Positions 57,297-64,000 of a stretch of 64,000 nt of DNA are shown in pieces. A program made the position numbers and the translations under genes. The DNA is from Candidatus Aenigmatarchaeota archaeon (GTDB lineage Archaea > Aenigmatarchaeota > Aenigmatarchaeia > CG10238-14 > SpSt-28). The stretch spans positions 11,131-75,130 of the forward strand of contig JANXEV010000001.1 of the NCBI GenBank assembly GCA_025057985.1, given 5' to 3'. Under the pieces are notes generated by a model. It was not told where the DNA came from, did not search any database, and was given only the letters and a program-made list of their open reading frames with translations. Position 1 is the stretch's first letter. Each line of letters begins with the position of its first letter.

Positions 57297-57837
57297 AAAT
57301 TTTAATTAAAACTGTGTCCTTATATTTTCTTTTACCATCCTTTAATCCGACTAATTTTCTAGAAAATTTTTCTTCTACTACATACCTCTTTTTTATTTTC
57401 ATCACAAAGTCCCTCATCAAACTTTTCGATGAAAAATGAATATCATAACCTCCCTCAACTTCCTTCGTGTTTAAAGCCAAACCCTCTACCAACTCGTTCA
57501 AAATCCTCTTCTCTCCTCTTAGTTGTAAGATCGCAACTACTCTATTAGAAAAACTCTCTTTGCATCTTTTACATAGAAACTCTTCTTCCTCAAACTCCAT
57601 TTTCTCTTTTAAAACGTGAACGACTTCACTTGGGAATTTTTTAGAAAGAAATTTTTTAATATAAAATTCTATGACTTTATCGTTCGAGTTGTAAAATTTA
57701 TTAAAAAAGAATTTTCTCCCACAAATTTTACAATTTTTTATTCTAATTTTTTCCAACTTCAACCTATCGACATAACAACTTAAACAAAGATTCTCGTAAA
57801 ACTTTTCTGTTTCTCTACCACATCTTGCACATATCAT
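57271..57837 (-). CDS. NMD3-like N-terminal zinc-cluster protein (truncated NMD3 homologue candidate)
   Basis: C-x2-C-x11-C-x2-C followed by C-x2-C (CARCGRETEKFYENLCLSCY...NCKICGRKF) matches the NMD3 N-terminal pattern. At 188 aa it is about half the usual archaeal NMD3 length. Confidence 0.35.
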   Translation of the reverse strand: MICARCGRETEKFYENLCLSCYVDRLKLEKIRIKNCKICGRKFFFNKFYNSNDKVIEFYIKKFLSKKFPSEVVHVLKEKMEFEEEEFLCKRCKESFSNRVVAILQLRGEKRILNELVEGLALNTKEVEGGYDIHFSSKSLMRDFVMKIKKRYVVEEKFSRKLVGLKDGKRKYKDTVLIKIYDKKIRAY

Positions 57838-57865
57838 AAATAAATAATAAAATACAAAGAAATTA

Positions 57866-58537
57866 ATGGAGTTTGCATTGGTACCAGCTTATAACGAAGA
57901 AAAAACCATAGACATAGTTGTTAAAAGATTAAAAAAAATGGGATTCAAAGTATTGGTCGTAGACGACGGAAGTAAAGACAAAACATATGAAAAGGCAAAA
58001 AAAGCTGGCGCCATTGTGATAAGACATGAAAAAAATATGGGAAAGGGTGAAGCATTAAAAACCGGGTTTAATTTTTTAAGAAGAAAAAAAATAAATTCAG
58101 TTGTTATTATAGACGCTGATCTCCAATTTCTACCTGAAGAAGCAACAAAATTACTGGAAAAAATAAGAAATGGTAGTGCTGACATAGTGATGGGTTGTAG
58201 AATGTGGAAAAATGTACCGTTTCGGCATAAAATAGGAAATTTTATATGGAGATTCTTCTTCAATATTTTATTTGGAACCAAACTGAAAGACACAAATTGT
58301 GGATTTATGGCTCTAAACAAAAAAGCTTTAGAAAAAATCGAAAAAATTAAAGGTGGTTATATAATAGAAAACTCGATTCTCTCGGATGCGGTAGAAAAAG
58401 GTTTGAGGATAGAAAATGTACCAGTAAAAGTTTTTTACCATAAAAAAAGTGGTTTAAAAAGGGGTTTGAGGATAGTTTTTGGTGTCCTGATGTTTATAAT
58501 AATGGAAGGGATGAAGTATAGAATCAACAAACTTTAA
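57866..58537 (+). CDS. family 2 glycosyltransferase (dolichyl-phosphate sugar synthase-like) with C-terminal TM helix
   Basis: A GT2 signature (PAYNEE...VVDDGSKD...IIDADLQ) and a C-terminal hydrophobic helix are present. It is 223 aa. Confidence 0.8.
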   Translation: MEFALVPAYNEEKTIDIVVKRLKKMGFKVLVVDDGSKDKTYEKAKKAGAIVIRHEKNMGKGEALKTGFNFLRRKKINSVVIIDADLQFLPEEATKLLEKIRNGSADIVMGCRMWKNVPFRHKIGNFIWRFFFNILFGTKLKDTNCGFMALNKKALEKIEKIKGGYIIENSILSDAVEKGLRIENVPVKVFYHKKSGLKRGLRIVFGVLMFIIMEGMKYRINKL

Positions 58538-59699
58538 ATTTTCCGTCTATCAAATCTTGAATAAAATCTTTAAGTGTTTCGAATCTTTTTTCAACTATTT
58601 CAACGATTTTCTTCTCATCGTCCTTTTCCAATCTATCAACTTCTACAGATATAACCAAAGGATCGTTGATTGGTCTTCCGATTTGACTTAATAGCCAAAC
58701 ATAGGTGTGTTTACCGATTTCTTCGTAAATTTTATTGGCAATGTCGAACGCTAAAATGTTATAGATTTTTCCAACATGACTAACCATGTTTTTTCCTGCA
58801 GCAGCTTCAGAACCAGCTGGTCTATTCAAACAAATCAGTCCATTAACTCTGTTTCCTCTTCCAACCTCTCCTGAATCTGCAGATTCAGCGCTTGTCCCAG
58901 TAACAGTCAAATAACACCCCTCTTCACCCTTCCCACGTTCATCTAGGGTGTTCATAAAAAGTCTCGGGGATATGTCGAATTTTTCCTTCAAAAATCTATT
59001 TATCTCAGCCAAAATTTCTTCTTTCTTCCTAAAATAATCGCTCTCGCTCTCAACATATCTATCGACAAAAGCCATCGCAATCGTATAAGTGAAATTTGAG
59101 TCGTCGCGCATACCCATAACTTTTATATCTTCTCCACTCCATGGATATCTTTCCTTGAAACCCTTAGAATTCAGATATTTTTCTAATTCTAAAACACTTT
59201 TTTCCAAGGTGGTTAAAGGTGCATAACCTACCAGAGCGCTGGTGTCGTTAGCTGGTAAAAATTTTTCTTTCCTAGAAAATATCGATGTTAACTCCTCAGA
59301 ACCGAATTTTATTTCGCTAACTATTTGTAAATTTTCTTCTCCAACAAACCTTAAATTCGTCTTAAACCAATTTATCGCAGAATTTTTAACTATTTCGAAT
59401 ATCGGAACTTCTTCGTTTCCAACCTTATAAGTCGCTCTGTCACCGAAAACGAGCTTCATCGGTTTTATTATTTTGCCTCCACCAAATTTTGTTTTCGCCT
59501 CTCCAGCAGAAAGTAAAGCTTTGTCGACATTATAATGAAATATTCTACCAAATTTTTTCAAATAATATTTGGCTAATTCTACTGAAATTTGGTCAGCTAT
59601 AGAATCGCATATAGTATCTGGATGGCCTATACCTTTTCTTTCAACGATTTCTATTCTAGGTTCTATGTACCTGAACTGACTTATTCGCAAATTTTTCAT
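58524..59699 (-). CDS. mat: S-adenosylmethionine synthetase, archaeal type (MAT)
   Basis: It aligns along its whole length with archaeal MAT, e.g. IVERKGIGHPDTICDSIAD, LPANDTS, VTGTSAESADSGEVGRGNRVNGLI and HVGKIYNILA. It is 391 aa. Confidence 0.9.
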   Translation of the reverse strand: MKNLRISQFRYIEPRIEIVERKGIGHPDTICDSIADQISVELAKYYLKKFGRIFHYNVDKALLSAGEAKTKFGGGKIIKPMKLVFGDRATYKVGNEEVPIFEIVKNSAINWFKTNLRFVGEENLQIVSEIKFGSEELTSIFSRKEKFLPANDTSALVGYAPLTTLEKSVLELEKYLNSKGFKERYPWSGEDIKVMGMRDDSNFTYTIAMAFVDRYVESESDYFRKKEEILAEINRFLKEKFDISPRLFMNTLDERGKGEEGCYLTVTGTSAESADSGEVGRGNRVNGLICLNRPAGSEAAAGKNMVSHVGKIYNILAFDIANKIYEEIGKHTYVWLLSQIGRPINDPLVISVEVDRLEKDDEKKIVEIVEKRFETLKDFIQDLIDGKFKVC

Positions 59700-59751
59700 T
59701 AATAATTCTTGTTTTGATTGGTTATAAAGTTAATTTTCTATGGAATTTCTT

Positions 59752-59825
59752 GGGACGGGTGGGATTTGAACCCACGACGCACCGGTCTTCAGCCGGTCGC
59801 TCTCCCGGACTGAGCTACCGTCCCA
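59752..59825 (-). tRNA. tRNA-Phe (anticodon GAA)
   Basis: The minus strand reads GGGACGG-TA-GCTC-AGTCCGGGA-GAGC-G-ACCGG-CTGAAGA-CCGGT-GCGTC-GTGGG-TTCAAAT-CCCAC-CCGTCCC-A. Confidence 0.85.
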
Positions 59826-59852
59826 AATAAATTTCATTGTATGAACTCAATT

Positions 59853-60068
59853 TTATTCTTTTTTCTCCCCATATATTTCGCTAACTTTGTATGTCAAAAC
59901 TGTAGGGGAACTGAATCTACCAAGTGTTATTTTTATATTTTTGATTCCTTTTTTGAAACACTCCCTAGGAGAAATCACTAAGGTTTGCCCATCATCTTCT
60001 ATACAAACACAATCCAAAAGCCATTCTGGAGAAATTTTCTTCTTAGTCTCTTCTTTTAATTCTTCCAT
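59853..60068 (-). CDS. hypothetical 71-aa protein
   Basis: It is an ORF-track ORF with a compact position between tRNA-Phe and a small zinc-ribbon ORF. No family was recognised. Confidence 0.25.
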   Translation of the reverse strand: MEELKEETKKKISPEWLLDCVCIEDDGQTLVISPRECFKKGIKNIKITLGRFSSPTVLTYKVSEIYGEKKE

Positions 60069-60089
60069 TTATAATCTTAATTTTCAAAA

Positions 60090-60248
60090 GTTAAAGTCTT
60101 TTCACATACCCACATCTCGGGCAGACCCAAACCTCTTTTTCCATTTCATAAAAACTCTTTTCTTTCTTCATTTCAACCTCGACACCAGAATTTTGTTTGC
60201 AAAACTCACAAACACCATAACACCAAAAAACACATCCATTGATAGACA
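60090..60248 (-). CDS. 52-aa zinc-ribbon small protein (six Cys)
   Basis: It translates as MSINGCVFWCYGVCEFCKQNSGVEVEMKKEKSFYEMEKEVWVCPRCGYVKRL, with a C-x3-C-x3-C-x2-C cluster plus a rubredoxin-like knuckle WVCPRCGY. It is absent from the ORF track because it is under 60 aa. Confidence 0.3.
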
Positions 60249-60283
60249 TTAAATAAAATTTAATTGATTTAAAAGCTTAACTT

Positions 60284-61990
60284 TTGCGAACAAAGAAAAA
60301 TAATATGGAATATAAAACACTTGTAGAATACTATGAAAAGTTGGAGCGAACTTCTTCTAAAATTGAAAAAGCAAAAATACTAGCCGAACTTTTAAAAATG
60401 TGTAATCCAAACGATCTAGAAAGGGTTATCTACCTGGTACAGGGAAGTTTGTATCCGAAATATATGCAAATAGAATTGGGAGTGGCTACACAACTAATGA
60501 TTAAAGTGATAAACAAAACCATAGGTGTCTCAAGGGAAAAAATAGAAGAAGAATTTACAAAAACTGGTGATTTGGGATTGACTGTAGAAAAATTGATACC
60601 GTCAAAAAAACAAGTAACTCTTTTTAAAAAAAGTCTTACAGTAGAAGAAGTTTTTGAAAATTTAAGAAAAGTGGCCACTGCTTCTGGAGAAGGAGCGCAA
60701 GAAAAAAAAATAAACATATTGACAAGTCTTTTGTTGATGTGTACACCAAAAGAAGCAAAATATCTGGTTAGAACTGTACTAGGAGAGTTAAGAGTCGGTG
60801 TTGCTGAAGGTATAATAAGAGACGCTATAGTTGAAGCTTTTTTCGAAAAGAAAAAAGAAGTAGAAGAAGTGATAGACTACGCTTGGAGTATATTATCGGA
60901 TTTTGCGGCTGTGGCGAAAATAGCTAAAGAAAGTGGTCTAGAGGGGCTTAAAAACATAAAAATAGAATTTGGTAGACCGATACAGGTTATGCTTGGCGAA
61001 AAAGCTGAAAGCATAGAAGAAGTAGTTAAAGAATTTGGTAAAGTCGCGGCTGAATGGAAATATGATGGTATGAGGACTTTGATAATGAAAAAGGGTAATA
61101 AAATTTTACTGTTTACTAGAAGACAAGAAAATGTAACGGCTCAATTTCCAGATTTAGTAGAACTTTGTATTAAAGGAATAAAAGCTGAGGAGTGTGTAGT
61201 CGAAGGCGAGACGATAGCTGTGAATCCAAAAACAGGAGATCCGTTGGCTTTTCAAGTTTTGTCTAGGAGAATTCATAGAAAATATGAAATTGAAAAAATG
61301 GTAGAGAAAATTCCTATTAGAATTCATTTATTCGACATTTTATATTTAAACGGTGAGATGTTGATTTCAAAGCCGCTGATAGAAAGAAGGAAAATTCTAG
61401 AAAACGTTATAGAGAAAATAGAAGGAAAGTTCGAATTAGCCAAACAAATTATATCTGATGATGTTAAAGAAATAGAAGAGTTTTATCAAGAATCTTTGAA
61501 CGCTAAGCAAGAAGGATTGATGCTAAAAGTTTTAACCTCACCCTACAAGTTTGGTCGACATGTTGGTGGTTGGTATAAAATAAAACCAACGATGGAAAGT
61601 TTAGATCTTGTTATTGTTGGGGCGACTTGGGGCGAAGGTAGTAGAGCTAATTGGTTAACTTCTTACGAGCTTGCTGTGAGAGATCCGGATACTGGGAATT
61701 TTTTGAGGTGTGGTATGATGTCGACTGGTTTAAAGGAGGAGGAGTATGAGATGATGACCGAAATTTTGAAGCCGCTAATAATTTATGAAAAGGGTAAAGA
61801 GGTTAAAGTTAGACCAAAAATAGTTATAGAGGTAAAATATCAAGAAATTCAAAAATCGCCTAATTACGAAGCTGGATATGCTCTAAGATTTCCTTCTTTT
61901 GTTAGAATAAGGGACGATAAAGGCCCAGAAGAAGCAGACACGATAGAAAGGTTGATAGAGCTCTATAAATCGCAAGGAAAGGTGGGTTAG
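60284..61990 (+). CDS. lig: ATP-dependent DNA ligase
   Basis: Motif I KxDG (EWKYDGMR), the adenylation domain, OB domain and motif VI are present. It is 568 aa. Confidence 0.9.
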   Translation: MRTKKNNMEYKTLVEYYEKLERTSSKIEKAKILAELLKMCNPNDLERVIYLVQGSLYPKYMQIELGVATQLMIKVINKTIGVSREKIEEEFTKTGDLGLTVEKLIPSKKQVTLFKKSLTVEEVFENLRKVATASGEGAQEKKINILTSLLLMCTPKEAKYLVRTVLGELRVGVAEGIIRDAIVEAFFEKKKEVEEVIDYAWSILSDFAAVAKIAKESGLEGLKNIKIEFGRPIQVMLGEKAESIEEVVKEFGKVAAEWKYDGMRTLIMKKGNKILLFTRRQENVTAQFPDLVELCIKGIKAEECVVEGETIAVNPKTGDPLAFQVLSRRIHRKYEIEKMVEKIPIRIHLFDILYLNGEMLISKPLIERRKILENVIEKIEGKFELAKQIISDDVKEIEEFYQESLNAKQEGLMLKVLTSPYKFGRHVGGWYKIKPTMESLDLVIVGATWGEGSRANWLTSYELAVRDPDTGNFLRCGMMSTGLKEEEYEMMTEILKPLIIYEKGKEVKVRPKIVIEVKYQEIQKSPNYEAGYALRFPSFVRIRDDKGPEEADTIERLIELYKSQGKVG

Positions 61991-62027
61991 AAAAAGTTTT
62001 TTAATATTTTAATTCAATTTAGAAAGT

Positions 62028-62447
62028 ATGGTAAACGCATTAGAAGTACCGCCACAGAAATTAGTAGAAAGATTGAAAGAAGAACTAAAAAAATTTGAAA
62101 AAATAAAGCCACCTCTTTGGGCAAAGATTGTTAAAAGTGGTGTACATAAAGAAAGACCACCAGAGCAAGAAGATTTTTGGTATATAAGAGCGGCTTCTAT
62201 TTTAAGAAGACTCTACATAAACGGACCGGTTGGAGTTTCTAGACTTAGGACTTACTATGGTGGTAGAAAAAACAGAGGGATGCGTCCGAAGAAGTTCTAT
62301 AAATCCTCTGGTTCGATTATCAGAAAGATTTTACAACAACTAGAATCCGAAGGATTAGTAGCAAAAGAAAAAAAAGGTAGAGTTCTTACTCCGAAAGGTA
62401 GAAGTTTGATAGACAAAATCGCCGGTGAAATTCGTGGAAAAGGATGA
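62028..62447 (+). CDS. ribosomal protein S19e (eS19)
   Basis: It is 139 aa and [46 protein letters not shown] matches the eS19 signature. Confidence 0.85.
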   Translation: MVNALEVPPQKLVERLKEELKKFEKIKPPLWAKIVKSGVHKERPPEQEDFWYIRAASILRRLYINGPVGVSRLRTYYGGRKNRGMRPKKFYKSSGSIIRKILQQLESEGLVAKEKKGRVLTPKGRSLIDKIAGEIRGKG

Positions 62448-62637
62448 AAGAAATGAAATACTTAGAAAGATTTTGGAACCGGAAGCCAAAGAAAGGCTTT
62501 CAAGAGTAAAACTGGTTAAACCTAACCTCGTGGAGCAGGTAGAAAACTATTTAATAAATTTATTTCTTGCAGGAAAGATAAATAAAAAGATAGGTGAAAA
62601 TGAAATAATAGAAGTTTTAAAAAGACTTAACAGGTGA
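62425..62637 (+). CDS. PDCD5/TFAR19-like double-stranded-DNA-binding protein
   Basis: [44 protein letters not shown] matches the conserved core of the archaeal PDCD5-like family. It overlaps the S19e 3' end by 23 nt. Confidence 0.6.
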   Translation: MKFVEKDERNEILRKILEPEAKERLSRVKLVKPNLVEQVENYLINLFLAGKINKKIGENEIIEVLKRLNR

Positions 62638-62867
62638 AAACTGTGGGGAGAACAAAAAAAGTCGGTAGTGCTGGTAGATTTGGTGCGAGATATGGTAAAA
62701 AAATTAGGGAAAAAGTGGCAGAAATAGAAAAAGTTCAGAAAAGAAGACATATATGTCCGAGTTGTAAGATGGAATACTTGGTTAGAAGAGGTAGTGGTAT
62801 TTGGGTGTGTAAAAAGTGTGGGGGTAAATTTGCTGGACAAGCATACTATCCACCCAGGGTGATTTAA
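62634..62867 (+). CDS. ribosomal protein L37ae (eL43)
   Basis: TKKVGSAGRFGARYGKKIREKVAEIEKVQKRRHICPSCKMEYLVRRGSGIWVCKKCGGKFAGQAY shows the C4 zinc ribbon of eL43. Confidence 0.85.
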   Translation: MKTVGRTKKVGSAGRFGARYGKKIREKVAEIEKVQKRRHICPSCKMEYLVRRGSGIWVCKKCGGKFAGQAYYPPRVI

Positions 62868-62998
62868 TGTATAGATGCTTAAAATGCAAATCTTTGATAA
62901 CAGAATTTATTGAAGGGAAAGTGATGTGCCCACATTGCGGTTATAGAATACTGATTAAACTTAGGCCGGAAGTTGTGAAGAGAGTACAAGCAAGGTAA
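62867..62998 (+). CDS. rpoP: DNA-directed RNA polymerase subunit P (Rpb12/RpoP)
   Basis: It translates as MYRCLKCKSLITEFIEGKVMCPHCGYRILIKLRPEVVKRVQAR, matching the RpoP pattern YRC.KC.K.F.........CPYCGY.I. A TAATG stop-start overlap with L37ae gives the conserved archaeal L37ae-rpoP order. It is missing from the ORF track because it is under 60 aa. Confidence 0.7.
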   Translation: MYRCLKCKSLITEFIEGKVMCPHCGYRILIKLRPEVVKRVQAR

Positions 62999-63029
62999 AA
63001 ACTTTTATTTTTAATAAACTTTCTAATAA

Positions 63030-63347
63030 ATGGAAAACGAAAAAATACTACAGGAATTTCAAGGACTGCAAGAGCAATATAGAATGTTGATAATACAGAA
63101 AGAAAGTTTAAAATTGCAAGTAATGGAAATTGAAAACGCTATAAAAGAATTGGAAAACTCACAAGAGAATTTCGCTTATAAAATTGTTGGTAATGTAATG
63201 GTGAAGAAAGGGAAGGATGAGATTATAAAAGAGTTGAAAGAAAATAAGGAGGAATTTGATTTGAGAATTAGCAATTTAGAGAAAATGGAGAAAATTGTAG
63301 AGGAAAGAATAAAAGAAATGGAGAGAAAAATAAAAAAGGGTGGATGA
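63030..63347 (+). CDS. pfdB: prefoldin beta subunit
   Basis: A 105-aa coiled-coil/beta-hairpin/coiled-coil layout lies downstream of rpoP, as in many archaea. Confidence 0.7.
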   Translation: MENEKILQEFQGLQEQYRMLIIQKESLKLQVMEIENAIKELENSQENFAYKIVGNVMVKKGKDEIIKELKENKEEFDLRISNLEKMEKIVEERIKEMERKIKKGG

Positions 63348-63606
63348 AATGGAGTATAAGCCCGTTTTGGAGATTTTGGAGAGAATAACGAACGATAGAA
63401 GCGTTCCGAAAAATGTAAGAGAAGCTGTGGAGAGGGTGAAAGGTGTTTTAAGTAGCAAAAGGGATGAAGAACTAAAGACAAACGAAGCTATCGTTATTTT
63501 GGACGAGATCGTAAACGACCCGAACCTTCCGATTCATGGAAGGACTATGATATGGAATGCTGTCAGTCTTCTCGAACAAATAAAAGCTAAGAAGAAGAAA
63601 AAATAA
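63340..63606 (+). CDS. conserved archaeal small protein of unknown function (helical)
   Basis: It is 88 aa and overlaps pfdB by 8 nt. No motif was recognised. Confidence 0.3.
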   Translation: MDEMEYKPVLEILERITNDRSVPKNVREAVERVKGVLSSKRDEELKTNEAIVILDEIVNDPNLPIHGRTMIWNAVSLLEQIKAKKKKK

Positions 63607-63636
63607 TGTTTTTAAATTTAGTTTCAATTAAATATT

Positions 63637-63978
63637 ATGCCAATTCATAAAATATTCGGAAATTTTCTAAAAAAGAAGAGAGAAGTGGAGGAGGAAGTTG
63701 AAATAAAAGAAGATGCTTTTAAAGAAGAAGTTAAACCGAAGATAAGAGTAGAAATTTTACAAGGCTATAGTGAAGTTGAGAAAATACAACAATATGTAAG
63801 AGAGGGGCAAATTGTTTTCTTAAACATAAAAAGTTTGAGAGAAAAAAACTTGAGTGAATTGAAAAGAAGTGTGGATAGGTTGAAAAACACGATTGAAGCA
63901 TTAAATGGAGATATAGTTGGTATTGACAACGACTATCTCCTACTGACGCCAAGCTATGCGAGAGTAGTAAGAGGTTGA
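63637..63978 (+). CDS. sepF: SepF-like cell-division protein
   Basis: The C-terminal domain (EKIQQYVREGQIVFLNIKSLREKNLSELKRSVDRLKNTIEALNGDIVGIDNDYLLLTPSY) matches the SepF core (A..I.D.LK.G..V.VNL..LD...A.R..DFL.G..YAL.G.I..IG...FL..P). Confidence 0.6.
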   Translation: MPIHKIFGNFLKKKREVEEEVEIKEDAFKEEVKPKIRVEILQGYSEVEKIQQYVREGQIVFLNIKSLREKNLSELKRSVDRLKNTIEALNGDIVGIDNDYLLLTPSYARVVRG

Positions 63979-64000
63979 ATGGTGTGTTTAAAGTTGAAGT

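Noticed and set aside
1-64000. rRNA, SRP RNA and RNase P RNA genes, and integrase, transposase or IS elements
   Set aside because: No intergenic gap is long enough (the largest are about 240 nt) and no conserved helices were seen. No protein has a tyrosine or serine recombinase or a DDE transposase motif. The tRNA-adjacent regions contain housekeeping genes, not an integrated element.

Overview
This window is a gene-dense, AT-rich archaeal chromosomal segment, and almost every gene is separated by under 50 nt or overlaps its neighbour (ATGA and TAATG junctions). All calls are made by reading the translations and motifs by eye; no searches were run.

Identity rests on several archaeal hallmarks:
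- an HMf-type histone;
- a group II chaperonin (thermosome);
- topoisomerase VI A and B, Orc1/Cdc6, PCNA, FEN-1, an ATP-dependent DNA ligase, and Mre11-Rad50;
- RNA polymerase subunits E', E''/Spt4, L and P;
- archaeal/eukaryal ribosomal proteins S26e, S24e, S27ae, S19e, L31e, L37e and L37ae;
- initiation factors aIF1A, aIF2-gamma, aIF5B and aIF6;
- Cbf5, RIO kinase with a KH/Dim2 protein, and prefoldin beta.
S26e together with a histone, non-canonical tRNA intron placement, a bacterial-type Zn-lid adenylate kinase and a class II LysRS suggest a DPANN- or TACK-like lineage rather than a methanogen. Exact taxonomy cannot be read from the sequence.

Five tRNAs are present: Arg-CCU, Thr-UGU (canonical intron), Ser-GCU, Phe-GAA, and an initiator-type Met-CAU carrying a roughly 36-nt D-loop insertion. 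Metabolic genes include an FdhA-like molybdopterin oxidoreductase, the 2-oxoacid:ferredoxin oxidoreductase alpha and beta subunits, GlmS, archaeal-type SAM synthetase, inorganic pyrophosphatase, a GT2 glycosyltransferase and a radical SAM enzyme.

The clearest accessory content is two paralogous Tad/archaeal type-IV-pilus-like assembly modules. Each has a FlaI/TadA-family ATPase plus two roughly 290-aa TadB/TadC-like membrane proteins. One sits in an 8-gene operon with pilin-like genes, and further class-III-signal pilin genes are scattered elsewhere. There are also a winged-helix fusion protein next to a large cysteine-rich repeat surface protein, a degenerate DRG-like GTPase, a stand-alone NurA-like nuclease far from an Mre11-Rad50 pair that lacks HerA and NurA, a duplicated AlaRS C-terminal mini-ORF, and several unannotated small zinc-ribbon ORFs.

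No CRISPR array, integrase, transposase, rRNA, SRP RNA or RNase P RNA was found.
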